This document shows, one piece after another, positions 29,350-38,926 of a stretch of 64,000 nt of DNA. Each line of letters begins with the position of its first letter. Within the stretch, counting starts at the first letter, position 1. The DNA is from a bacterium (GTDB taxonomy: Bacteria > Bacillota > DTU030 > JBMNJR01). Location: contig JBMNJR010000003.1 of assembly GCA_050951765.1 (NCBI GenBank), positions 195,148-259,147 on the forward strand, read 5' to 3'. Both the position numbers and the translations under genes were made by a program. Under the pieces are notes generated by a model. The model ran no database searches, was not told the origin of the DNA, and saw only the letters and a list, made by a program, of their open reading frames with translations.

Positions 29350-30475
29350 TTACCATATCTCAATAGCTTTTCGTTTATCCACTTCACTGCGTACTTGTAG
29401 CATTTCCACAAAGGCCTCCAAACGGGTGTGTAGACCTGATTCGCCGGTATGTTCATCCAAAAGAACCGAAAATACCGGGATATCCAAATCATGACTAACT
29501 TGCGGTAAAATAGTCTTGGCCACAATCTCCGGCATACAGGTCAAGGGGCCAATATGAACTACACCGGCTAACCCATCCAGGGCATATTTAATTGTATGGC
29601 TTATATTTTCCAAACCATGTCCACCGACAAAATTGCCCAGGTAGGGTTTTGCTATCCTTTGCATTTTTTCTTGATCCTTGCGTAAGCGTAATGCATCCAA
29701 AAAAAGATGGGATATTACCCACTCACTGAGATAAATACTCCTTACCACCTCTACTCCCTGTTCACCTAAAAAACGTTCCAGTTCAAGATTTGCCGCCGGT
29801 TCCAAAACAGTATAGATCTCCCCCACCAGACCGACTTGCAAGGGCGAAACATCCGGATCTACATTTACCGCGGCAAAAGCAGCTTGCACCTTTTGCTCCA
29901 ATGCTAATACTTCTTTTAGATCTTGGGCTGTATCAACCCATGCCAGTGTTTGCCGCTGTACTGCTCCGGCGGCACCGCGTTCGATTTCCCGGCAGCGTAT
30001 TTTAGCTGTCAACCTTTCGATGGCATCAACCAATTTCAATTTGGCCCATGCCAACCTTCCAGCCTGCCAAATTTTGACGGGACTGCTTCTGCCGGTCAAT
30101 TCCCATAACTGGTGCAGTGTTTCCCGCAAATGACCGCGTGGGGGTTCTAAAACTACCATTTTATAGTCTATGCCCAGATCGTCTAAAATTTCCCGTTGCA
30201 CTTGGGCATAATAGCCAAAACGGCAGGGTCCCACTCCCCCGGCCATCACAATGGTATCCGCCCCTAAATCAATAGCTCTCCAGGTAATTGCCCACATTGA
30301 TTTTAAGCGGCAGACAGGCAAACTCCGGCGCATACCGGGTACCTAAACTAATAGTTTTTTGGGTAATTGGCGGCGGTTCGATTACTTCCACTCCCAGGGC
30401 AGTGAAAAAAGCCTTGAGGGGAATATTTATGGTGCCCATATGGGGAAATGTTACCTTCATCCTTTCTTCCTCCAT
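29350..30475 (-). pseudogene. acyl-CoA dehydratase activase-related protein (DUF2229), one frame break
   Basis: The 68-aa ORF 30269-30475 (MKVTFPHMG...EFACLPLKINVGNYLE) continues in the next frame as AIDLGADTIVMAGGVGPCRFGYYA... (ORF 29350-30333). The reading is ...CTG GAG A GCT ATT GAT, with one extra base near 30277. Confidence 0.75.
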
Positions 30476-31431
30476 TCCAGTGTATCCACAAAAGCCTCTA
30501 TCCTTGTGGCTAAGCCTGCTTCTCCGGTGTGTTCGTCTAAAGTCAAAAGCATAAATGGAAAACCGCCGCCCCTGTGGGCATGGCGTTCTACCAGTTCCCC
30601 TACCAGTGAATCGGGGCCGCAGCCAAAGGATATTAGGTGGATTATGCCATCAAACTCGCCGCTGTGCAAAAAATGGCCGGCAGCTCCCAGTATGTTTTTC
30701 CCCAATGTCCAAAAGCTTTCCTTAGGTAAGCGTTTAGCCCAAGTTTTAATGATGACGGGAGAAAGCATTTCCGGAGTTCGAACTTCTACCCCCAGTTCCG
30801 CCAGCCGCTGCAAAGTTCCTAAATTAATATAATCGTCATAGATATTATAAGGATGCCCTAAAACCCCTACACAAAGCTTATTTTCATTCCCGTCTCTTTT
30901 TACGCCAACCTCATTATCTAATGCTGCGAGGGCATCTAAGGGGACTAATCCCTGTTGTTGCAGATGCTGCCAGGTGCGCCAATGCTGCCAAGCTTTTAGA
31001 AAACTGAGCCATGCTTGCACCGGATGAACTTTCAAGGCAATGGCCATCTGATCAACTACACGGTATAAACCGCGCCTACTTTTGCTTAAGTTTACGGTCG
31101 GTTCCAAGAGCGGCGGCAGATCAACCACAGAATATCGAATCATATCGGGTAAACCTAAGAGCTTGGGACAAATAAAGGCACGTTTTTCCACACTGACTAA
31201 TCGGGGAATAAACAGGTAATCAACCTTATCCTTTAACTCTTCCACATGCCCAAAAAAGACTTTCACCGGCAGGCATATTTCATCCACTGCCACTGCCAGC
31301 CCCTGCTTGACAATGGCCCTGGTTGTGGGCCCGGATTCCATAACTTCAATCCCTAAACCTGTAAAAAAATCCCGCCATAGGGGTAAATAATGATAATATA
31401 ATAAACCGCGAGGTATACCTACAACCGGCAC
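30457..31431 (-). CDS. acyl-CoA dehydratase activase-related protein (DUF2229)
   Basis: 324-aa ORF. The motifs IPRGLLYYHYLPLW...DEICLPVKVFFGHV are typical of this family. It is a paralogue of the downstream broken gene. Confidence 0.7.
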   Translation of the reverse strand: MPVVGIPRGLLYYHYLPLWRDFFTGLGIEVMESGPTTRAIVKQGLAVAVDEICLPVKVFFGHVEELKDKVDYLFIPRLVSVEKRAFICPKLLGLPDMIRYSVVDLPPLLEPTVNLSKSRRGLYRVVDQMAIALKVHPVQAWLSFLKAWQHWRTWQHLQQQGLVPLDALAALDNEVGVKRDGNENKLCVGVLGHPYNIYDDYINLGTLQRLAELGVEVRTPEMLSPVIIKTWAKRLPKESFWTLGKNILGAAGHFLHSGEFDGIIHLISFGCGPDSLVGELVERHAHRGGGFPFMLLTLDEHTGEAGLATRIEAFVDTLEWRKKG

Positions 31432-31585
31432 AAATAATCACCTCCAAACTCTACACCGGTGTGGGCGCAATATTTGGGTTATTATACTGTAACTTCAATA
31501 ATGAATATTTCCGAAAGACAGGTAACCTATACAAAAAACCCGGTAGCAGTCTACCGGGATTCAATATCTATTTCGATCTTCAACT

Positions 31586-31729
31586 CTGAAAACATACGCT
31601 AACAATCAGCTACGGTCAGCTTGTTGGTTAAGCTATTTACCGCCGGACTCCACGATTGGGGCAGCCCTCCCACTGAATAACTACAATAAAAGCTGGGACG
31701 GCTATGCTCTTTGCAAAACAGGCTTGCAC
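31586..31729 (+). repeat. copy (A) of the dispersed intergenic repeat with central hairpin
   Basis: Reads CTGAAAACA...GGTTAAGCTATTTACCGCCGGACTCC...ACTGAATAACTACAATAAAAG...GCAAAACAGGCTTGCAC. It shares a 21-nt identical core with the reverse complement of copy B. Confidence 0.75.
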
Positions 31730-31804
31730 ATCCCATTAGCGCACCACGGGCATACAATGCACTAAAGACATCACTTCCGGCAGAGCACATTGCGTATAGA
31801 AACT

Positions 31805-32959
31805 CTATTTCACCAATTGGGATACAAATACCAGTTTCACTCCCAGCTTGGCGAACTCTGGCGCAAACTCTGTTAAGGCTTGCGCCATGGCCGGATGTAC
31901 GTGGCCGATGGCCACAGCTTCACCCTCCTTCTTCGCCAAAGCTCCAGCCCTTTCCAATTGTGTTTTAATCATATCTACATCGCGCTGGTTATCAAGAAAC
32001 AGTCTATTAACTGCCAGAGGCAAGCCCAGTTGGTGCGCAACTTCCGGAAGCACAGATTTGCCGGTGGTAGCACTATCCACAAAAAACAAGTTATGTTTTT
32101 GGACTTCCATCAGGAGCGGAGCTACTATTTCCTTCATTGCTGTAGCCCTCGATCCCATATGATTATTGACACCAACTGCACCAGGAATTTGGGCAAGTGC
32201 TTGTTGCAAAGCCAGTCTAATTTCCTCCGGGCTCATCTCCACTGTAATCGCCCCCGGGCCGGGGGATAATTGCTCATTGAGCGGCTGCATCGGCAAATGG
32301 AGCAGAACCTCAAACCCATTCTCAACCGCTGCTTGCGCTTCAGCCTGAGAAAAAGGTCGAAAGGGAATAACGGCAAAGGTCAAAGGCAAGTCAAGGGCGA
32401 GCATATCTTCGGTTCCGGCAACCCCGGCGCCAAAATCATCGATAATTAAAGCTAATTTAGGGGCAGGCTCTTGTGGCTTGCCGACAAGAAGTGTTACCAC
32501 ATGGGTAGTTACCGGCGGCGCCTGCTTTCCTTCCACCTCCGGGGTTATGCCTATGGTTGCCGTGATAACTTGGGCAGCAGCACTATCCTTATGCTCAACC
32601 TTTTGTAATTCACCGCCCGCACCAATCAATTCCTGTTCCAATTGCAATAATACAGTCTCCCACTTAGTGTCCGGCGCCAGGCTGATCCGTAAATACCGTA
32701 CATCCCAAAGCAAGTGTAGATCAGGCACAACTAATTTCTTTTCCTCGCTGGTATCCTCAATAATAATATACTTACCTCCCGAAGCCAATGCTTCTTCTAC
32801 AGCCCGATCAACCTCTGTTATATCAATCCGATGCTCGCTTAATTGTGCATCTTTGCGCTCCTCAGTAAAGTTTCCTATCAGACCGCAGCCTCCCAGAGCA
32901 AGCATAATAAACGCGGCAATTATTATCATCAGAGCTGGGTTGGGAACAAAATTTTTCAT
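31805..32959 (-). CDS. divergent polysaccharide deacetylase family protein (YibQ-like) with N-terminal membrane anchor
   Basis: 384-aa ORF. The C-terminal half carries LALIIDDFG, LTFAVIPF and LLHLPMQP motifs typical of the YibQ/DUF610 family. Confidence 0.7.
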   Translation of the reverse strand: MKNFVPNPALMIIIAAFIMLALGGCGLIGNFTEERKDAQLSEHRIDITEVDRAVEEALASGGKYIIIEDTSEEKKLVVPDLHLLWDVRYLRISLAPDTKWETVLLQLEQELIGAGGELQKVEHKDSAAAQVITATIGITPEVEGKQAPPVTTHVVTLLVGKPQEPAPKLALIIDDFGAGVAGTEDMLALDLPLTFAVIPFRPFSQAEAQAAVENGFEVLLHLPMQPLNEQLSPGPGAITVEMSPEEIRLALQQALAQIPGAVGVNNHMGSRATAMKEIVAPLLMEVQKHNLFFVDSATTGKSVLPEVAHQLGLPLAVNRLFLDNQRDVDMIKTQLERAGALAKKEGEAVAIGHVHPAMAQALTEFAPEFAKLGVKLVFVSQLVK

Positions 32960-32961
32960 AA

Positions 32962-34221
32962 TTATCCTCTGTCACCTTTCCACCGCCACAATAGTTTCTG
33001 CAACCACCTTTGCAAGGCTCCCTGCGTCTTTATTTCCATATAAGGAGTGTCCCCAGCAGGAACAGGAATAATCCCCAATTTATCCTTAGGTTCCGGAAGG
33101 GAATAGAAATGCCGTTGCCAACTATCCCCTGTTCTACGTAAGCTAACCATTTCCTTCGTACTTGCACCCTGCTCCCACTGTCCGGCCAAATCCAGCGGAT
33201 CACGGACAACCTTTCCTCCCACCTCCAGGATGACATCACCGGTTGTAATGCCCAATTTTTGCGCAATGCTGCCGGGAACAGTTGTTAAGACCATCACACC
33301 TTGCTCGGGGGCAACAAAAATTGGAGTTCCCCTTAGCTCTTTTCTACCTCCAAAATGTACAACCAATTCATGCCCAAAAGGGGCTAGTAATGCTGTCCCC
33401 ACAAGCAAAGGCGGAAAAAAAGAAGCGCCAATGGCAGCAAACAGTAGCACAATACTGTATAAACCTAAAAGGATGGCAGATTTGCGTGCCTTTTCTTGAG
33501 GATAACAAGTCAAGGCCACATCACTATAGCCCAAAGCAGCCACTACCAAAAACATAGAATAAATCAGTTCATGCCCGTCAGCAGGTATTTCCTGTGGTTT
33601 AATTACCGGCCACCACTGGGGCATCTGTAACAGACCGGTAATAGTTTCCGGCTCTTCCACCAATAGTGTCAGCATAACTACTACCGGTATCGGCCAAAAT
33701 TTATGCAAATTAAATCCGCCCACCAATTCCCCGGAGGGCTTCTTAATAATCACCGGAGTAGGATCTTTATGCCCGGTCAACCAAATAAGTATACTTTCAA
33801 TCATGTGTAAAACAGCAACCAAGGCCATCAGCTGAGGTATTTCAATTTCAGGAAAACCGAAAACCAAACTAAACAAGGAAACCAAGCCGCCGGCATAGGC
33901 AAAACACATTAAACGAGGGCTGATTAGCATGAGGGCAATGGCCACCGGCCAAACATAGTTTATCCCCGCTCCGGATAAGGAAACACCTACCAAGGTCAAA
34001 ATATAACTGCCGGCGATACCACCCACTAAACCATAAAGAACAGAACGCCAAACCTGTTTCCTGAGAGAGCTGAAATTAACGCCGAACATTTCTTTTTCCA
34101 TCCGGTGAAGACGTTTATATTGACTATGAATGATCATGATTACAAGCCAGAAGAGGGGGTTAATTATAACCTGAGGCATCAATTTAAGAATCATTATAGT
34201 TATCTCTACCCAAGGAAACAT
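32962..34221 (-). CDS. polytopic membrane protein with C-terminal PDZ domain
   Basis: 419-aa ORF with multiple TM helices followed by a PDZ-like segment (GSIAQKLGITTGDVILEVGGKVV). Confidence 0.6.
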   Translation of the reverse strand: MFPWVEITIMILKLMPQVIINPLFWLVIMIIHSQYKRLHRMEKEMFGVNFSSLRKQVWRSVLYGLVGGIAGSYILTLVGVSLSGAGINYVWPVAIALMLISPRLMCFAYAGGLVSLFSLVFGFPEIEIPQLMALVAVLHMIESILIWLTGHKDPTPVIIKKPSGELVGGFNLHKFWPIPVVVMLTLLVEEPETITGLLQMPQWWPVIKPQEIPADGHELIYSMFLVVAALGYSDVALTCYPQEKARKSAILLGLYSIVLLFAAIGASFFPPLLVGTALLAPFGHELVVHFGGRKELRGTPIFVAPEQGVMVLTTVPGSIAQKLGITTGDVILEVGGKVVRDPLDLAGQWEQGASTKEMVSLRRTGDSWQRHFYSLPEPKDKLGIIPVPAGDTPYMEIKTQGALQRWLQKLLWRWKGDRG

Positions 34222-34400
34222 TCACCCACCTCCTGCAACAATCTAATAAGAATGTCAACATGCCTAAATGGAGAGCCATACCCGAGGATCTTATATATAA
34301 TTCCCACCGGGATGACGCCGCTCATGACCAAAGTCCGGTGGCCAATTAGGTTGACCGATAATCAGAGAACCTAGCTTGAAGTGCCAATCATGCTTCAGAT

Positions 34401-35576
34401 TTACAAAGACTCCTCTAAAACCTCAATTGCGCGCTGCAATTGATCATCAACCTCTGTTTCTTGATTATATTCTATATATACATCAGGCTCAATGCCTTGG
34501 TGGTTAATTGAATGGCCGCCGGAAGTTATGTACAAGGCGGTAGTTAACTTCAAAGCCCCATTGTCACTTAAATTATAAATACTTTGGACAGAACCTTTGC
34601 CAAAGGTTGTGGTACCCACTAACACACCTCTGCCTGTATCTTTCAATGCCCCGGCAACAATTTCCGCTGCGCTGGCGCTACCGCCGTCAACTAACACCGC
34701 CAATGGCACCTGCGGCCAATTTGTGCCTTCCGAACGATAGGTCTGTTCCAACCCATCTCTTGTCTGGATATGTAAGATCGGTTCATCTGCAGCCAAAAAA
34801 GAACTGGCAACTTCAATAGCAGCCCTCAATGTTCCTCCGGGGTTGCCCCGCAAATCCAATATTAAACCTTTCAGATCCTGTGCAAATAATTCCGTCAAGG
34901 TTGTTTCAACATCTACCCCTGTATGATCGTTGAACATGCTGATCCTGAGATACCCGATCCCGGTTTCCGCTTTCAACATTTGCGACCGGACTGTAACCAA
35001 AGCAATCTCTTCTCTGGTCATTATCACTTCTCGTTCCTCTTGGCCCCGCTTCACACCTAACCTGATCTCAGTACCAATCTCCCCACGAATTAAATCCGCA
35101 GCCCGTTCAAAAGTTATCTCAGTAACATGAGTACCATCAATACTCGTGATTTGATCGCCCTTTTTAATTCCCGCTTTCTCCGCCGGAGAACCGGGCATTG
35201 GATCTTCTACGACAAACAGATCATCTCCAAGCATGGTGAGAATAACTCCAATTCCCCCATAAGTACCCTGGACATGAATCTGTAACTTCTGCCACTGGGG
35301 AGGAGTAAGATATTCGCAATAAGGATCATCAATACCGGCAACCAGTCCCTTAAGCGCCCCTTGTAATAAAACCTCACGTTCAACTTCATCCACATACCGT
35401 TCTTGCACGAGGCGCAAAGCTTCTACTATAGGGCTTAGTTCCTCCAACGCCGCTTGGGTTGCCTGCAAGTTTGAATATAAAATGGTTATACTGCCTACAG
35501 TAACCACCAGAAACAAAAAAATCAGCCCACCAACAAATATTTTGGGCCATCTGAACATACCATCACCCTTTCCCAT
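34401..35576 (-). CDS. S41 family carboxy-terminal processing peptidase (CtpA/CtpB-like)
   Basis: 391-aa ORF with a PDZ domain (GSPAEKAGIKKGDQI) and an S41 catalytic region (GGSASAAEIVAGAL...GTTTFGKGSVQ). Confidence 0.9.
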   Translation of the reverse strand: MGKGDGMFRWPKIFVGGLIFLFLVVTVGSITILYSNLQATQAALEELSPIVEALRLVQERYVDEVEREVLLQGALKGLVAGIDDPYCEYLTPPQWQKLQIHVQGTYGGIGVILTMLGDDLFVVEDPMPGSPAEKAGIKKGDQITSIDGTHVTEITFERAADLIRGEIGTEIRLGVKRGQEEREVIMTREEIALVTVRSQMLKAETGIGYLRISMFNDHTGVDVETTLTELFAQDLKGLILDLRGNPGGTLRAAIEVASSFLAADEPILHIQTRDGLEQTYRSEGTNWPQVPLAVLVDGGSASAAEIVAGALKDTGRGVLVGTTTFGKGSVQSIYNLSDNGALKLTTALYITSGGHSINHQGIEPDVYIEYNQETEVDDQLQRAIEVLEESL

Positions 35577-35674
35577 ATGACCACAATTATTTAAGCCTGG
35601 TTAATAATAACCCCTTTCTTTCTACAGTATATGCCGGCTTAACCCTTGGTATCCCTAGAAATGCCTGCCTGCTC

Positions 35675-35748
35675 TATAAAAGAAATTAATGAGAAATGAG
35701 AGGTTTGAGGTAAGTTGAGACAACTCACCATACCTCAAGCCTCTCATT
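35675..35748 (-). terminator. Rho-independent terminator after the M23 peptidase gene
   Basis: An 18-bp stem (17 of 18 paired) AATGAGAGGTTTGAGGTA/TACCTCAAGCCTCTCATT is followed on the minus strand by a T-rich tail. Confidence 0.65.
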
Positions 35749-35753
35749 ATTTG

Positions 35754-36905
35754 CTATTTTTTAAGCAACCAATCCCGCGGGTTATTGGGTGACCCGTTAA
35801 TACGCACTTCAAAATGAACGTGAGGACCAGTGCTAAGACCGGTACTGCCAACCCTGGCGATTATCTGCCCTCGAGCTACTACTTGTCCGGCCTTTACCAA
35901 CAAAGAAGAATTATGGCCATAGAGAGTGGAGATGCCACCACCATGATTAATAATTACCGTATTACCATAACCGCCCTGCACTCCGGAAAAGAGTACCTTG
36001 CCCGAAGCGGCAGCATAGACCGCCTGGCCATGGGGTGCTGCAATATCTATACCGCTGTGAAAACGGTTATAGCCTAAAATTGGATGCCGCCTATTGCCAA
36101 ATTCGGAGCTGACCCGCCGTGTGGGGCCTGTAGGCCAAATCATTGACCCTTTGCTGGGAGCTACTAAACCGTCTCCTCCCTGTTCTAACTGCAATTGACG
36201 AATAATTTCTTCCAATTGCCGGGAGGTTTGTTCCAATTCATCCAATGCCGCCTCCAGAGCGCGTCGTTCCTGGTGAATTGCATCCAACAGTACTTCCCGC
36301 CGTTGGGTGTCAGAAGCCAACTGTGCTTGTTTAGCCTGCGCCCGTTCCTGGAGAACCAAAAGCTCTGCTTTCTGATTTTCTAACTCTATTTTTTTCTGGG
36401 CAATCTCTGCCCGTTTCTGCTGGATCATCTCTAAAAGACTAACATCCTGGGCAATTATCTCCTGCATAAGATCAACCCGGTTAATAAAATCGGAAAATGT
36501 AGTGGCACCTAAAATAACTTCCAAATATGATACTGATCCGTTTTCATAAAGAGCTCGCAGCCGATTGCCTAAAATTTCTGTCTGCCACTCCAACTCCGCC
36601 TCTGCTTCATTTAAAGCTTGAGTTGTTGCACTGATATTCCGCTCCGTTTGTGCCAGATTCCGCTCCAACTGTGCCAATTCCTGCTCAGCCCGTTCCAAGC
36701 GCCGTTCCAGGTTGGTAAGCTCTTGCAGTAAACTTTGCTCCTGGCGCCGTACAGTGCTTAAGCGACCCTCTGTCTTGCGAATATTGTCCTGCACCTTTTG
36801 CAAATCATTAAATTTTTGTTCCAGTTCGTTTGCATATACCACCCCGGTCATAAGAATTATACCGGCCAGTAGGGCGGCTAAGAAACGAACCCACTTTTTC
36901 TGCAC
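35754..36905 (-). CDS. coiled-coil M23 family peptidoglycan DD-metalloendopeptidase (EnvC-like)
   Basis: 383-aa ORF with a signal/TM segment, a long Q/E/L coiled coil and a C-terminal M23 domain (HSGIDI...HVHFEV). It lies downstream of ftsEX. Confidence 0.85.
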   Translation of the reverse strand: MQKKWVRFLAALLAGIILMTGVVYANELEQKFNDLQKVQDNIRKTEGRLSTVRRQEQSLLQELTNLERRLERAEQELAQLERNLAQTERNISATTQALNEAEAELEWQTEILGNRLRALYENGSVSYLEVILGATTFSDFINRVDLMQEIIAQDVSLLEMIQQKRAEIAQKKIELENQKAELLVLQERAQAKQAQLASDTQRREVLLDAIHQERRALEAALDELEQTSRQLEEIIRQLQLEQGGDGLVAPSKGSMIWPTGPTRRVSSEFGNRRHPILGYNRFHSGIDIAAPHGQAVYAAASGKVLFSGVQGGYGNTVIINHGGGISTLYGHNSSLLVKAGQVVARGQIIARVGSTGLSTGPHVHFEVRINGSPNNPRDWLLKK

Positions 36906-36955
36906 AGCTTGTCCCCTCCTTTTGCAGCGTTCTTTTTCTGCTGCCTACCCTTTAC

Positions 36956-37843
36956 CTACACCCGCAAAAAGCGCCGCAATGAAACAATACTGCCGAAAGC
37001 TCCCACAAAAAAACCCAGCCCCAGCAATAACGGGTTCAATGAATTTAATATTGCCTCCGGCGGGATCAGTGGTATAAAAGGCAAAGTGCGATACACGTTA
37101 CCTACTAACCAAGGATAAAACCGGTTCAAAAGGACTATACAGATCAAAGTTCCCAGTAGCCCTAAGAGAGCACCTTCCATAATAAACGGCCAGCGAATAA
37201 ACCAATCAGTGGCGCCAACCAGCTTCATAATCCCAATCTCCCGCCGCCGGGCAAAAACTGTCAACCGGATAGTATTGGAAATTAGGAAAACAGTTGCGAA
37301 AAGCAATAATACAACGATTACCAACCCTGCAATGCGAATTGAACGGGTCAAGGCAAAGAGCCTCTCAACCATCTCCCGCTGATACTTAACTTCAGCTATC
37401 CCTGACAGTTGTGCCACTTCTTCTGCAATCAGCTCCACCTGCTCCGGGGTTTCCGACTTAATCTCAAAGGAATGGCGGAGCGGGTTCATTTCCGCAACCG
37501 AATCCAATAGATCTTGCCGCCCGCCAAATTGTTCCCGCAACCTGTTCAAGGCTTCATCTTTACTTACAAAAATGTTTTCTTTAACCCCGGGTATCAAGTT
37601 GATCTGGGTTTTTAGTTCTTCAATGTCCTCCGGCTCCAATTCCGGAGCCAAATAGGCAGCTATTTCCACCTGCGACTCCAAAGTTTCCGTAAAAAAATTC
37701 ATATTTGCCACTAAAAGGACAAATAAGCCCAAAATTAAAAAAGACAATGCCACCGTGCTAATGGATGCCAAACTCATAAGACTATTGCGACGTAAACTAA
37801 GAAGGGCTTCACGAACATAATGTTCCCAAGTACTAAGACGCAT
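36956..37843 (-). CDS. ftsX: cell division ABC transporter permease FtsX
   Basis: 295-aa ORF with the N-terminal YVREALLSLRRN motif, 4 TM helices and a large extracellular loop. Confidence 0.9.
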   Translation of the reverse strand: MRLSTWEHYVREALLSLRRNSLMSLASISTVALSFLILGLFVLLVANMNFFTETLESQVEIAAYLAPELEPEDIEELKTQINLIPGVKENIFVSKDEALNRLREQFGGRQDLLDSVAEMNPLRHSFEIKSETPEQVELIAEEVAQLSGIAEVKYQREMVERLFALTRSIRIAGLVIVVLLLFATVFLISNTIRLTVFARRREIGIMKLVGATDWFIRWPFIMEGALLGLLGTLICIVLLNRFYPWLVGNVYRTLPFIPLIPPEAILNSLNPLLLGLGFFVGAFGSIVSLRRFLRV

Positions 37844-38004
37844 GTCGATAAACCCCTCTCTGTTTACTACTATTTTTCATCTGCCATCAGCTCCCACAAC
37901 TGGACTGGATCTATTGGATCTGTTAGGCCGCATTTTAATTTATGTTCGACACAATAAGCGAGAATCCTTTCCCTAAAAGCATATTTCTTCCTTTTCCCAC
38001 TGGT

Positions 38005-38721
38005 CTATCTAAAATTAGGCATTTTTATCGGCCTTGTATCTTCACCTGCATAAACCCCGCGTTTTTCATCCCGAATAACTCGCCCCTCTTCAAGGGCAAT
38101 CACCCTTTTTTTCAGGGTGTCTACAATTTCCCGGGCATGGGTAACCATCACAACTGTAGTACCCCGACGGTTAATCTCCACTAAAAGCCGCATGATTTCC
38201 CATGATGTCTCCGGGTCTAAGTTTCCGGTTGGTTCATCCGCCAGCAATACCGACGGATTATTGACAATCGCCCGCGCCAAAGCCACCCGCTGCTGCTCAC
38301 CTCCGGACAACTGGGATGGCTTAGAGCGGGATTTATGACCCAAGCCAACTAAATGCAACGCAGTCGGTACTTGCCGCAGAATTTCCCGCCGTGGCATCTC
38401 GGTAACTTGCATGGCAAAGGCCACATTTTCATAAACAGTTTTTTCCGAAAGCAGACGGAAATCTTGAAATACAACGCCAAGATTTCGCCGGAAAAAAGGC
38501 ACTTGCCGCCTTCTTAATTTGTTTACTTCAATACCATTAATCCAAATTTCTCCGGCAGTAGGCAGTTCTTCCCGCAAGAACAATCTAACTAAAGTTGATT
38601 TACCTGCGCCGCTGGGACCTACAAAAAACACAAATTCTCCTTTTTCGATTTCAATATTTACATCCCGCAGGGCTTGGTTTCCATTGGGATAAGTCTTGGA
38701 CACTTTCAACAACCGGATCAT
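38005..38721 (-). CDS. ftsE: cell division ATP-binding protein FtsE
   Basis: Walker A GPSGAGKST, signature LSGGEQQR and Walker B LLADEPTGNLD. The start is set at ATG 38721 (MIRLLKVSKTY) after GGGAG. Confidence 0.9.
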   Translation of the reverse strand: MIRLLKVSKTYPNGNQALRDVNIEIEKGEFVFFVGPSGAGKSTLVRLFLREELPTAGEIWINGIEVNKLRRRQVPFFRRNLGVVFQDFRLLSEKTVYENVAFAMQVTEMPRREILRQVPTALHLVGLGHKSRSKPSQLSGGEQQRVALARAIVNNPSVLLADEPTGNLDPETSWEIMRLLVEINRRGTTVVMVTHAREIVDTLKKRVIALEEGRVIRDEKRGVYAGEDTRPIKMPNFR

Positions 38722-38926
38722 AAAGATCACTCCCTGTTTTTCGCAAATTGCCCTCGAAAGATTTTGCCGCCATTTGTTAAGAGTTTCGACACCTACCGGG
38801 GATTTCCTTTCCCTGGCTGGTTTTTCCAACAAAATAACCCCGGCTTTTTACCGGGGGTAAATAGTTGCAGTTGCAAGGAAACATCGTCTAGATTAGACAC
38901 CATGCCGGCCCCGACATGGTTTTGCC

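Noticed and set aside
29244-29525. A 93-aa ORF overlapping tRNA-Val.
   Set aside because: It overlaps the tRNA and the 3' end of the DUF2229 gene, and it has no RBS or protein-like features.
34335-34370. A possible fifth, degenerate copy of the dispersed repeat (GTCCGGTGGCCAATTAGGTTGACCG).
   Set aside because: Only the terminal motif of about 17 nt is similar and the hairpin core is absent. The match is too weak to list as a feature.
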